A stretch of 33,309 nucleotides of DNA from Stellaceae bacterium (GTDB lineage Bacteria > Pseudomonadota > Alphaproteobacteria > ATCC43930 > CGMCC-115725): positions 1 through 33,309 of the forward strand of contig DATKPX010000014.1 of the NCBI GenBank assembly GCA_035523855.1. The letters are read 5' to 3'. Both the position numbers and the translations under genes were made by a program. The notes under the pieces were generated by a model that worked only from the letters and a program-made list of their open reading frames with translations, made no database searches and was not told where the DNA came from. Positions 1-8,457 of this stretch are shown piece after piece; the stretch's first letter is position 1; the number at the start of each line of letters is the position of its first letter.

Positions 1-1
1 G

Positions 2-703
2 CGCCTGTTCGAGGCGGCAGAGGCGCTCGGCATCGGCTTCTATCTGGGATACTGCGAGAAGATCGTCGAGGGCGGCGTCACCCACCGCTACAACACCTCG
101 ATCATCGTGGACCAGCGCGGCAAGATCGTCGGCAAGTACCGCAAGGTGCATCTGCCCGGCCATTCGGAATACGAGCCGCAGCGGCCGTGGCAGCATCTGG
201 AGAAGCGCTACTTCGAGGTCGGCAATCTGGGCTTCCCGGTCTGGCGCACCATGGACCACGTCATGGGCATGTGCATCTGCAACGACCGGCGATGGCCGGA
301 GACCTTCCGCGTCATGGGCCTCAAAGGCGTCGAGCTGGTCATGCTCGGCTACAACACGCCGTCGGAGAACGGCGTCGCCCCCGAGGGCGCCCGGCTCCGC
401 ATGTTCCACAATCACCTCAGCATGCAGGCCGGCGCCTATCAGAACGGCACCTACGTGATCGGCACCGCCAAGGGCGGGGTGGAGGAGAAGGTGCCGATGC
501 TGGCGGGCAGCTGCATCGTCGATCCCAACGGCGAGATCGTGGCGCTGGCCGAGACCGAAGGCGACGAGCTGGTCATCGCCGAGCTCGATTTCGACAAATG
601 CAAATTCATCAAGAGCACGGTGTTCAACTTCGCCCAGCACCGGCGGATCGAGCACTATGGCATCATCACCTCGCAGACGGGCGCCGTCCTGCCGCCGGAG
701 TAA
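2..703 (+). CDS. N-carbamoyl-D-amino-acid hydrolase (nitrilase/CN-hydrolase superfamily), 5' end cut by window edge
   Basis: The frame is open from base 2 (RLFEAAEALGIGFYLGYCE...) into listed ORF 107..703. It has the catalytic Cys motif CICNDRRWPETFRVMGLKG and NHLSMQAGAYQNG, which resemble Agrobacterium D-carbamoylase from memory. Confidence 0.85.
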   Translation, partial: RLFEAAEALGIGFYLGYCEKIVEGGVTHRYNTSIIVDQRGKIVGKYRKVHLPGHSEYEPQRPWQHLEKRYFEVGNLGFPVWRTMDHVMGMCICNDRRWPETFRVMGLKGVELVMLGYNTPSENGVAPEGARLRMFHNHLSMQAGAYQNGTYVIGTAKGGVEEKVPMLAGSCIVDPNGEIVALAETEGDELVIAELDFDKCKFIKSTVFNFAQHRRIEHYGIITSQTGAVLPPE

Positions 704-723
704 GCATCCACCGGAGTAAGCAC

Positions 724-1371
724 ATGGAATTCAACTTCGAGACGCTCGACCCGCGCGAGCGCTACAAGCTCTTGATCGGCTCGGTGGTGCCGCGGCCGAT
801 CGCGCTCGTCACCTCGATCGACGAGAAGGGCGTCTACAACGCGGCGCCCTTCAGCTTCTTCAACTGTTTCAGCCACGATCCGCCGATCCTGATCATCGGC
901 ATCGAGGAGCGCGCCGGCGCGCCCAAGGACACCGTCCGCAACATCCGCGCGACCCGGGAATTCGTCGTCAACGTGGTGAGCGAGGCGATCGCCGAGCGGC
1001 AGAACATCTGCGCCGTCGACGTCCCGCCCGGCGTCGACGAGCTGAAGCACGCGAACCTGACCGCGGTGCCGTCCTCGGCGGTGAAATCGCCGCGCATCGC
1101 GGAATCGCCGGTCAACATGGAGTGCAAGCTCGTCGAGGAGCTGCGCTTCGGCGAGAACGGCAAGCGCTCGATCATCGTCGGCGAGGTCTTGCGCTTCCAC
1201 ATCCATGACGACGTGCTGGGCGAGCGCAATCATGTCTTGATCGACAAGCTGAAGCCGGTGGGCCGCCTCTCCGGCAACGCCTATGCGCACATCACCGACC
1301 GCTTCGACGTGAAGCGGGTCGACTACGCCACCTGGCTCGCGCAGCAGGGCAAGACCGCCGCCGACGATTAG
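724..1371 (+). CDS. Flavin reductase-like FMN-binding protein
   Basis: ATG at 724 within ORF 187..1371. The product MEFNFETLDPRERYKLLIGSVVPRPIALVTS...AAPFSFFN is typical of the flavin reductase domain. The upstream part of the ORF is Arg/Gly-rich off-frame junk. Confidence 0.8.
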   Translation: MEFNFETLDPRERYKLLIGSVVPRPIALVTSIDEKGVYNAAPFSFFNCFSHDPPILIIGIEERAGAPKDTVRNIRATREFVVNVVSEAIAERQNICAVDVPPGVDELKHANLTAVPSSAVKSPRIAESPVNMECKLVEELRFGENGKRSIIVGEVLRFHIHDDVLGERNHVLIDKLKPVGRLSGNAYAHITDRFDVKRVDYATWLAQQGKTAADD

Positions 1372-1374
1372 CTC

Positions 1375-1725
1375 CTACCGCGCCGGCGTCCAGTCGTTCA
1401 CCAGCACCTCCAGGTGGCGGACCTTGGGCTCGACCTCGAGCAGGTATTCGGGGTCGCGCGGCAGCACGTTGGTCTTCTCGTAGTCCTCGCCGGCGTACTG
1501 CTTGATCGCCTCCACGGAATCCCAATAGGAGATCACCGTGAAGTCGCCGATGCCGCCCTCGACCTTGCGCAGCATCTGGGTGCCGCGGTTGTTGGGGATC
1601 GCCGCGATCTTGCGGACGCCGTTCTCGTAGAGATAGCGCGTGTACTCCTCGGCGATGGCGGCGCGGGTCTGGCCATGCCAGATGCGGGCAATCAGCTTGC
1701 GTCCGAGATCGGCGGAAGGCGGCAT
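1375..1725 (-). CDS. ABM (antibiotic biosynthesis monooxygenase)-like small protein
   Basis: 116-aa ORF with a CAGGAG SD upstream. Size and the ferredoxin-like pattern (IARIWHG...FTVISYWDSVEAIKQYAG) suggest the ABM/Dabb fold. The family call is tentative. Confidence 0.55.
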   Translation of the reverse strand: MPPSADLGRKLIARIWHGQTRAAIAEEYTRYLYENGVRKIAAIPNNRGTQMLRKVEGGIGDFTVISYWDSVEAIKQYAGEDYEKTNVLPRDPEYLLEVEPKVRHLEVLVNDWTPAR

Positions 1726-1805
1726 GGGCGGGCGCTCCTGTGGTCGCGCGGGAGGCCCATGCTGGCCTCGCGATTATCACCAGTCAAGGTGATTTAGATG
1801 GTAAG

Positions 1806-2267
1806 TCATCCCGCCGGCAGGAACAGCGTCACCAGCTCGGCGACGCAGACCGGCTTGCTGGCGCCCTCGCGCTCCACCACCGCCTCGGAGATGACGCGGA
1901 GCGCGCCGCCCTCGGCGTCCTCGGTGGCGAGCAGCTTCAGATGCGTGCGGACGCGGCTGCCGCTCGGCACCGGCGCCGGAAAGCGGATCCGGTTCGAGCC
2001 GTAGTTGAGCTTCGAGCCGACGCCATCCACGTCGTAGAGGCTGTAGACCATGGCAGGGATCAGCGACAGCGTCAGGTAGCCGTGCGCGATGGTGCCGCCG
2101 AGCGGCGTCTGCCGCGCGCGCACGGGATCGACATGGATCCACTGGTGGTCGCCGGTGACCTCGGCGAAGCGGTCGATCCGCTCCTGCGTGACCTCCACCC
2201 AGTCGCTGGTGCCGAGGCTCTCGCCGACGGCGCTCTTGAGGGCGGCAAGGCTGGGGAAACGGCGCAT
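1806..2267 (-). CDS. MaoC-like (R)-specific enoyl-CoA hydratase/dehydratase
   Basis: 153 aa with the hot-dog motif FAEVTGDHQWIHVDPVRA...GTIAHGYLTLSL. GGGAGG SD upstream. Confidence 0.85.
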   Translation of the reverse strand: MRRFPSLAALKSAVGESLGTSDWVEVTQERIDRFAEVTGDHQWIHVDPVRARQTPLGGTIAHGYLTLSLIPAMVYSLYDVDGVGSKLNYGSNRIRFPAPVPSGSRVRTHLKLLATEDAEGGALRVISEAVVEREGASKPVCVAELVTLFLPAG

Positions 2268-2372
2268 CGAAAGTCCTCCCGGCTCGGTTTCGCTTCATGC
2301 TGCCGGAGCGCGATGCCCGCCGTCCAGCGCCGCGGTAACGCGGCCTTGCCAGCGGCGCGATAACCGCGTTTC

Positions 2373-2425
2373 CTAGAGCCTTATCGGTTCTGATAGAATC
2401 AGAACCGGGCTCTAGTTTTTTGTTT
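2373..2425 (+). terminator. Orphan terminator-like palindrome (18 bp of pairing plus T6) in the divergent maoC/thiolase intergenic region; alternatively an operator
   Basis: ctagagcc-ttat-cggttctgat-aga-atcagaaccg-ggctctag, followed by ttttttgtttg. Confidence 0.4.
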
Positions 2426-2506
2426 GAGCATGATCGCTTCCGAAAACCGGCATCCACTTTTCGGGGTCATGCTCTGGCGCCGAGCAGAACCAGGAGGAAA
2501 TTCGCC

Positions 2507-3685
2507 ATGCATGAAGCGGTGATCGTCTCGACCGCGCGCACCCCCATCGGCAAGGCGTTCCGCGGCGCCTTCAACATGACGCACGGGGCGACGCTCGCCG
2601 GCCACGTGATCCAGAAGGCGGTGGAGCGCGCGAAAGTCGATCCCGCCGAGGTGGAGGACGTCGTCATCGGCTGCGGCTTTCCCGAGGGGGTCACCGGCAA
2701 CAACGTGGCGCGGCTGGCGGCGATCCGCGCCGGCCTGCCGGTCAGCACCGCCGGGGAGACCGTCAACCGCTTCTGCAGCTCCGGCCTGATGGCGGTCAGC
2801 ATCGCCGCCCAGCGCATCATGGTGGACCGCGTCCCCGTCATGGTGGCGGGCGGCGTCGAATCCATCAGCCTGGTGCAGAACACCACCAACATGGCGACCG
2901 CCACCGAGGAGTGGCTGATGCAGAAGAAGCCCGAGCTCTGGATGCAGATGATCGATACCGCCGAGGTGGTGTCGCGCCGCTACCAGGTGACGCGGGAGAA
3001 GCAGGACGAGTTCGCGCTCATGAGCCAGCAGCGCACGGCGGCGGCGCAGAAGGCCGGCCGCTTCGACGCCGAGATCGCGCCGTTGCCGACGATCAAGGCG
3101 ATGAGCGACAAGGAGACCGGCCGCAAATGGACCGAGCCGGTGACGCTGACCCAGGACGAGGGCCCGCGCGCCGACACCACCGCCAAGGGCCTCGCGGCGC
3201 TGAAGCCGGTGCGCGAGGGCGGCCACATCACCGCGGGGAACGCGAGCCAGCTCTCCGACGGCGCCTCCGCCTGCGTCGTGATGGACGCGAAGCTGGCGGA
3301 GAAGCGCGGCCTCGAGCCGCTCGGCATCTACCGCGGCCTGGTGGTGACCGGCTGCGAGCCCGACGAGATGGGGATCGGCCCGGTCTTCGCGATCCCCAGG
3401 CTGCTGGAGCGCCACGGGCTCAAGATCGACGACATCGATCTCTGGGAGCTCAACGAGGCTTTCGCGGTGCAGTGCCTCTACTGCCGCGACCGCCTCGGCA
3501 TCGATCCCGACAAGTACAATGTCGACGGCGGCGCGATCTCGGTCGGCCATCCCTACGGCATGAGCGGCGCCCGCCTCCTCGGCCACGCGCTCGTCGAGGG
3601 CAGGCGGCGCAAGGCGCGCCACGTGGTGGTCACCATGTGCATCGGTGGCGGCATGGGCGCCGCCGGCCTGTTCGAGATCGCATGA
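2507..3685 (+). CDS. Acetyl-CoA C-acyltransferase (thiolase)
   Basis: ATG 2507 follows AGGAGGA (2493-2499). It has the thiolase motifs NRFCSSGL (active Cys), [10 protein letters not shown] and CIGGGMG. Confidence 0.92.
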   Translation: MHEAVIVSTARTPIGKAFRGAFNMTHGATLAGHVIQKAVERAKVDPAEVEDVVIGCGFPEGVTGNNVARLAAIRAGLPVSTAGETVNRFCSSGLMAVSIAAQRIMVDRVPVMVAGGVESISLVQNTTNMATATEEWLMQKKPELWMQMIDTAEVVSRRYQVTREKQDEFALMSQQRTAAAQKAGRFDAEIAPLPTIKAMSDKETGRKWTEPVTLTQDEGPRADTTAKGLAALKPVREGGHITAGNASQLSDGASACVVMDAKLAEKRGLEPLGIYRGLVVTGCEPDEMGIGPVFAIPRLLERHGLKIDDIDLWELNEAFAVQCLYCRDRLGIDPDKYNVDGGAISVGHPYGMSGARLLGHALVEGRRRKARHVVVTMCIGGGMGAAGLFEIA

Positions 3686-4191
3686 GCATCATGAGCACGG
3701 ATCCCGTCGCCGAGCTGCTGGCCGATCCCCGCTTCAAGGGCAAGCCGATCACCTGGGGCGTGACGCAGGAAAGCTACGATGACGTCCGGCGCGCCTGGCT
3801 CACGCATGTCCACGCGGAGGAGGTGCTGTTCAGGCCCTTCACCGAGGATCAGTTCAAGAGGCAGATGGCGCTCATGCTCGGCGTCTTCACCGAGGATTGC
3901 GTGCTGGAGCTGCCCACCGGGCAGCGCTGGGAAGGCCAGGCCAAGGCGGTCGAGTTCTACCGCATTTTCCTGAGCTCGCTCGAGGGCATGCAGTGGGTGC
4001 CGCAGGCGCTGGTGGTCGGGCCGCAGGGCGTGCTCGACGTGGTCAACATGACCGGCAAGCTCGTGAGGGAATTCGCCGGCCTGAAGCCGGCCGGCGCCAT
4101 GCTGCATCTCCAATGGGTGATCTATTTCCCGTGGGTCCCGGAGCAGAAGAAGTTCAAGGGCGAGGTGATCTACTCGATCCGGTCTCTGTAG
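3682..4191 (+). CDS. NTF2/SnoaL-like fold protein, function unknown
   Basis: [13 protein letters not shown]... starts at ATG 3682 and overlaps the thiolase stop (ATGA). It is the 3' part of ORF 2911..4191. The fold call is from size and pattern only. Confidence 0.55.
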   Translation: MSIMSTDPVAELLADPRFKGKPITWGVTQESYDDVRRAWLTHVHAEEVLFRPFTEDQFKRQMALMLGVFTEDCVLELPTGQRWEGQAKAVEFYRIFLSSLEGMQWVPQALVVGPQGVLDVVNMTGKLVREFAGLKPAGAMLHLQWVIYFPWVPEQKKFKGEVIYSIRSL

Positions 4192-4208
4192 GGGCGGGGC
4201 CGGCATCC

Positions 4209-4320
4209 TGCGTCCTTCGACGCGCTCCGCTTGCTCAGGATGAGGAGGTTTTCTTTCCCCGGTCTCCCAAGCTCCTCATCCTGAGCAAGCGGAGCGAAGC
4301 GCAGCGCGTCGAAGGACGCA
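4209..4320. repeat. REP/RIME-like long imperfect palindromic intergenic element between convergent genes
   Basis: The left arm tgcgtccttcgacgcgct..ccgcttgctcaggatgaggag (4209-4247) is the reverse complement of the right arm (4272-4320), apart from a 10-nt insertion. Confidence 0.7.
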
Positions 4321-4339
4321 TTGCGCCCCCCGCCATCGC

Positions 4340-5110
4340 CTAAAGCCTTCCCGCGATGGTGACGCCGCCATCGGCGACGATCGCCTGGCCGGTGACGAAG
4401 CGGCCGGCGGCGGAGGCGAGGAAGACGGCGGCGCCGGCGATGTCGACGGGGTCGCCGATCCGGTGCAGCGGCGTGTTGCGGATGGTCTGCTCCAGGAGCT
4501 CCTTGTTCTCCCAGAGCGCGCGGGCGAAGTCGGTCTTGATCAGGCCCGGCACGACGCAGTTGACGCGGATGTTGTGCTCGCCCCATTCGATCGCGAGGTT
4601 GCGCGCGAGCTGCAGGTCGGCCGCCTTGGAGATCGCATAGGCGCCCAGCATGGCGCTGCCGCGGATGCCGGCGATGCTGGAGACCAGGATGATGACGCCG
4701 TCCTTGCGCGCCGCCATCTCCGGCTGCACCAGCTTGGCGAGCCACAGGCTGCTGCGCACGTTGGTGTTCATCGTGCGGTCATAGGCCTCGTCGGGGATGT
4801 CGATGAGCGGCCCGTAATAGGGATTGACCGCCGCGTTGCAGACGAGGATGTCGATCGGGCCGAATGCCTCGCGCGTGCGCGCCACCAGCGCCTCGAGCTG
4901 CGCCTTGTCGCCGACGTGGCAGGGGATCGCCATCGCCGTGCCGCCGGCCGTCTTGATCTCGGCGACGACCTCTTCGCAGGGACCGGCCTTGCGGCTGGAG
5001 ATCACCACCTTGGCGCCCTGCGCCGCCAACTGCTCGGCGATGGCGCGGCCGATGCCGCGCGAGGATCCGGTGACGACCGCCGTCTTGCCGGTGAGATCGA
5101 ACAAGCTCAT
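4340..5110 (-). CDS. Short-chain dehydrogenase/reductase (SDR)
   Basis: TGSSRGIGRAIA Rossmann motif, NAAV, and the YAISKAA catalytic Tyr-Lys. Confidence 0.9.
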   Translation of the reverse strand: MSLFDLTGKTAVVTGSSRGIGRAIAEQLAAQGAKVVISSRKAGPCEEVVAEIKTAGGTAMAIPCHVGDKAQLEALVARTREAFGPIDILVCNAAVNPYYGPLIDIPDEAYDRTMNTNVRSSLWLAKLVQPEMAARKDGVIILVSSIAGIRGSAMLGAYAISKAADLQLARNLAIEWGEHNIRVNCVVPGLIKTDFARALWENKELLEQTIRNTPLHRIGDPVDIAGAAVFLASAAGRFVTGQAIVADGGVTIAGRL

Positions 5111-5229
5111 ATGCCCCCCTTTTGCTGGGTAAAAAGCCCTGGCGACGCGGCGATCGCGACCGCTGCCGGTTATCGGCCTATCTTAGTCCGAGGAGCGGAA
5201 CCACGCTCGGCCGATGACCGAATGACGGC

Positions 5230-5253
5230 AATATTATGTGATATGATAATATT
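5230..5253. promoter_or_regulatory. AT-only palindrome (8-nt arms, 8-nt spacer), candidate operator upstream of the TauE/SafE gene
   Basis: aatattat-gtgatatg-ataatatt in otherwise GC-rich DNA, 56 nt upstream of ATG 5309. Confidence 0.35.
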
Positions 5254-5308
5254 TTACACTGTGGAATGATCGGGGCGGCGTCGGACGGGCGCCGGCAAGG
5301 GTGAGGCG

Positions 5309-6097
5309 ATGCAGGCAGCGCACACCATCGATTTCCTCTACTCGATCTCCGGCTTCTTCGTCGGCATGCTCGTGGGCATGACCGGCGTCGGCGGCGGCTC
5401 GCTGATGACGCCGATCCTGATCCTGCTGTTCGGTGTCCATCCGGCGACCGCGGTCGGCACCGATCTCCTCTATGCGTCGGTCACCAAGACCGGCGGCACC
5501 CTGGTGCATGGCTTCAATCACACGGTCGACTGGCGGGTGGTGGGACGCCTCGCCGCCGGCAGCGTGCCGATGACGGCGCTCACGCTCTTCGTGCTGTCGA
5601 AGTTCGATCTCTCGGCAGCCGGCGTGCAGACGGCGATCACGACGATGCTGAGCATCGCGCTCTTCGTCACCGCGCTGACGCTGATCTTCCGCCGCAGGAT
5701 CCTCTCCCTCTACGGCTCTCGCGTCGGCGAGCTCGATCCGCGCCGCACGCGGCAGGCGACCGTCGCCATGGGTGCGCTGCTGGGAGTGCTGGTGTCGATC
5801 TCCTCGGTGGGCGCCGGCGCCATCGGCGTCACCGGCCTGATCCTGCTCTATCCCCGCATGTCGACGGCGCGCATCGTCGGCTCCGATATCGCCCATGCGG
5901 TGCCGCTCACCTTCGTTGCCGGCGTCGGCCACTGGATCATGGGCTCGATCGACACCCATCTCCTGGGCTCGCTGCTGCTGGGCTCGGTGCCCGGGATCCT
6001 CCTCGGCAGCTATGTCGCCGGCCGCGTGCCGGATCCCGTGCTGCGCGCGCTGCTGGCGGCGGCGCTCATCATCGTGGCGGGCAAGCTGGTGATGTAG
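5309..6097 (+). CDS. TauE/SafE (DUF81) family sulfite/organosulfonate exporter-like membrane protein
   Basis: 262 aa and polytopic, with GMTGVGGGSLMTPILILLFG and a repeated second half, typical of DUF81. Confidence 0.85.
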   Translation: MQAAHTIDFLYSISGFFVGMLVGMTGVGGGSLMTPILILLFGVHPATAVGTDLLYASVTKTGGTLVHGFNHTVDWRVVGRLAAGSVPMTALTLFVLSKFDLSAAGVQTAITTMLSIALFVTALTLIFRRRILSLYGSRVGELDPRRTRQATVAMGALLGVLVSISSVGAGAIGVTGLILLYPRMSTARIVGSDIAHAVPLTFVAGVGHWIMGSIDTHLLGSLLLGSVPGILLGSYVAGRVPDPVLRALLAAALIIVAGKLVM

Positions 6098-6149
6098 CGG
6101 CCTGGGCGGCCGGGCTTGACACCGGCCGCCGGAAGGCGTTACCTCCCCA

Positions 6150-6215
6150 ACGCTTCGTGGTGATTTGGCCGACCGGCTTGCGACCACGTAAAACCAACCG
6201 CTAAAAGGTCGGAGT
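6150..6215 (+). ncRNA. SAM-II riboswitch (metA/metZ leader element)
   Basis: P1 pairs cgtggt 6156-6161 with accacg 6183-6188. The conserved tgatttggc, ggcttgc and gctaaaagg are present. The pseudoknot pairs ccgacc 6169-6174 with ggtcgg 6207-6212. It sits directly upstream of metZ. Confidence 0.8.
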
Positions 6216-6226
6216 TCCCGTCGGAA

Positions 6227-6257
6227 CCCTGGACCTCATGCGGGCCAGGGTTTTTTG
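6227..6257 (+). terminator. Intrinsic terminator/attenuator hairpin following the riboswitch
   Basis: ccctggacc-tcatgc-gggccaggg, followed by tttttt. Confidence 0.6.
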
Positions 6258-6291
6258 TTGGCCGGGCCGGCGCCTCTGATGGAGACGACCG

Positions 6292-7488
6292 ATGTCCGAC
6301 ACTTCCGCGCTCCCCGACAACGCCCGGCTCGGCACGCTGCTGGTTCATGGCGGCGCGCTCCGGAGCCAGCATCTGGAGACCAGCGAGGCCATCTACATGA
6401 CCTCGGGCTATGTCTATGGCAGCGCCGAGGAGGCGGAATCCGCCTTCAAGAACGACGGCTCGCGCTACGTCTATTCGCGCTACGCCAACCCCACCATCAG
6501 CATGTTCGAGGAGCGGCTCCGGCTGCTCGAAGGCGCCGAGGCCTGTCGCGCCACGGCGAGCGGCATGGCGGCGGTCTTTGCCGCGCTCGCCTCATTCCTC
6601 AAGGCCGGCGACCGGGTGGTGGCGTCCCGCGCGCTCTTCGGCTCCTGCCTCTACATCCTCAACACCATCCTGCCGGGCTATGGGATCAAGACCGAGCTGG
6701 TGGACGGCCGCGACCTCGACGCCTGGCGCCGCGCGCTCTCGACGCCGGCCAAGGCGGTCTTCTGCGAGACGCCCTCCAATCCGACGCTGGAGCTCGTCGA
6801 TCTCAGGGCGGTGGCGCAGCTCTCCCATGACGCGGGCGCGCTCCTCGTCGTCGACAACGTCTTCGCGACGCCGCTGCTGCAGAAGCCGCTGGCGCTCGGC
6901 GCCGACGTCGTCGTCTATTCCGCCACCAAGCACATCGACGGCCAGGGCCGGAGCCTCGGCGGCGCCGTGCTGGGGTCGAAGAAATTCATCGGCGAGCAGC
7001 TCTCGCCCTTCCTCCGCCACACCGGCCCGGCGCTCAGCCCGTTCAACGCCTGGCTGCTGGTGAAGGGCCTGGAGACCCTGCCGCTCCGCGTGGCGCAGCA
7101 CGTGCGCAATGCCGGCGAAGTCGCCGCCTTCCTCGATCGCCATGCGAGGGTCGAGCGCACCTACTATCCCGGCCTCGAGAGCCATCCGCAGCATCGCCTC
7201 GCGCGCCAGCAGATGTCCGGCAGCGGCAATCTCGTCACCTTCACCGTCGGCGGCGGCAAGGAAGGCGCGTTCAAGTTCCAGAACGCGCTCCGCATCATCA
7301 AGCTCTCCAACAATCTCGGCGACGCCAAGAGCCTGATCACCCATCCCGCGACCACCACGCACCAGCGCCTCAGCGACGCCGAGAAGCAGACCCTCGGCAT
7401 CGATCCCGGCCTGGTGCGGCTCTCGGTCGGGCTGGAGGACGCGGCCGACCTGATCGGCGACCTGGAGCAGGCGCTCGCCAAGGTGTAG
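6292..7488 (+). CDS. metZ: O-succinylhomoserine sulfhydrylase (PLP-dependent, Cys/Met metabolism family)
   Basis: 398 aa. It has GYVYGSAEEAESAF, YSRYANPT, and SATKHIDGQG (PLP Lys). GGAGA SD upstream, and a SAM riboswitch lies further upstream. Confidence 0.9.
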   Translation: MSDTSALPDNARLGTLLVHGGALRSQHLETSEAIYMTSGYVYGSAEEAESAFKNDGSRYVYSRYANPTISMFEERLRLLEGAEACRATASGMAAVFAALASFLKAGDRVVASRALFGSCLYILNTILPGYGIKTELVDGRDLDAWRRALSTPAKAVFCETPSNPTLELVDLRAVAQLSHDAGALLVVDNVFATPLLQKPLALGADVVVYSATKHIDGQGRSLGGAVLGSKKFIGEQLSPFLRHTGPALSPFNAWLLVKGLETLPLRVAQHVRNAGEVAAFLDRHARVERTYYPGLESHPQHRLARQQMSGSGNLVTFTVGGGKEGAFKFQNALRIIKLSNNLGDAKSLITHPATTTHQRLSDAEKQTLGIDPGLVRLSVGLEDAADLIGDLEQALAKV

Positions 7489-7565
7489 CTGCCGGGGCGG
7501 CGATCCCGTTGCTTTCGCCGTCCGAGCGCGAAACAATGCTCCGCTCCCAGTAAGCGGAGGCGGCG

Positions 7566-8441
7566 ATGGCGGCGTTCAAGTCGCAGTTCATCCAGGCGAA
7601 CGGCATCCGGCTGCACTATGTGCGCGAGGGGCGGGGAGAGCCGCTGCTGCTGCTGCACGGCTGGCCGGAGTTCTGGTACGCGTGGCGGAAGGTGATCCCC
7701 GATCTCGCGCGCGACTTCGACGTCATCGCGCCGGATCTGCGCGGCTTCGGCGACAGCGAGAAGCCGACCATGGCTCCCTCGGACGAGGCGGGCGCCGATG
7801 TGCATGCGGCGGACATGCTGGCGCTCATCGACGGGCTGGGGCTGCAGCGCGTCGGCATCGTTTCCCATGACGTCGGCGCCTATGCCGCCCAGAGCCTGGC
7901 GCGGTCGCGGCCGGAGCGGCTGCGCGGGCTTTTCTTCTTCAACTGCCCTTATCCCGGCATGGGTGCGCGCGCCGCGGCGCCGGAGCACCTGATCGAGATC
8001 TGGTACCAGTCCTTCCATCGCCTGCCCATGGCGGCGGCGCTGGTCGGCAGCTCCCGGGACGCCTGCCGCCTCTACTTCCGGCACTTCCTCAGCCACTGGG
8101 CGCACGATCCCCACGCCTTCGACGAGGATCTCGAGGCCTGGGTCGACAACTTCATGAAGCCCGGCAATCTCCAGGGCGGCTTCAACTGGTACATCAGCGC
8201 CTGGAAGGCGCGGCTGGCGATGCTGCGCGGCGAGCTTCCAGCGCCGGCGCCGATCGTCGTACCGACGCGCGTGCTCTGGGGCGAGCGCGATCCCGTCCTC
8301 AAGAGCGAGTGGAGCGACCGGATCGGCGAGTACTTCAGCCATGCCAAGGTCGGCACCGCCGCCGAAGCCGGTCACTTCGTCCACTACGAGAAGCCGGAGC
8401 TCGCGGTCCGCGAGATCCGTGCCTTCTTCAAGAATCTCTGA
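7566..8441 (+). CDS. Alpha/beta hydrolase, epoxide hydrolase/haloacid dehalogenase-like
   Basis: HGWPEFWYAW oxyanion motif and the Asp nucleophile elbow VSHDVGA. GGAGG SD upstream. Confidence 0.85.
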   Translation: MAAFKSQFIQANGIRLHYVREGRGEPLLLLHGWPEFWYAWRKVIPDLARDFDVIAPDLRGFGDSEKPTMAPSDEAGADVHAADMLALIDGLGLQRVGIVSHDVGAYAAQSLARSRPERLRGLFFFNCPYPGMGARAAAPEHLIEIWYQSFHRLPMAAALVGSSRDACRLYFRHFLSHWAHDPHAFDEDLEAWVDNFMKPGNLQGGFNWYISAWKARLAMLRGELPAPAPIVVPTRVLWGERDPVLKSEWSDRIGEYFSHAKVGTAAEAGHFVHYEKPELAVREIRAFFKNL

Positions 8442-8457
8442 AAGGGGGGAGACCTGA

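Noticed and set aside
2399-3622. Long antisense or off-frame ORFs mirroring real genes (for example 2399..3622, 10428..12020, 19116..20828, 26523..28562, 26308..28203, 5234..6187, 6592..7536, 7164..8498, 23025..24065, 31117..32247, 21794..22702)
   Set aside because: Each overlaps a gene with clear family motifs on the other strand or frame. The translations are dominated by R, A, G, D, H and P, as expected from reading GC-rich codons out of frame.
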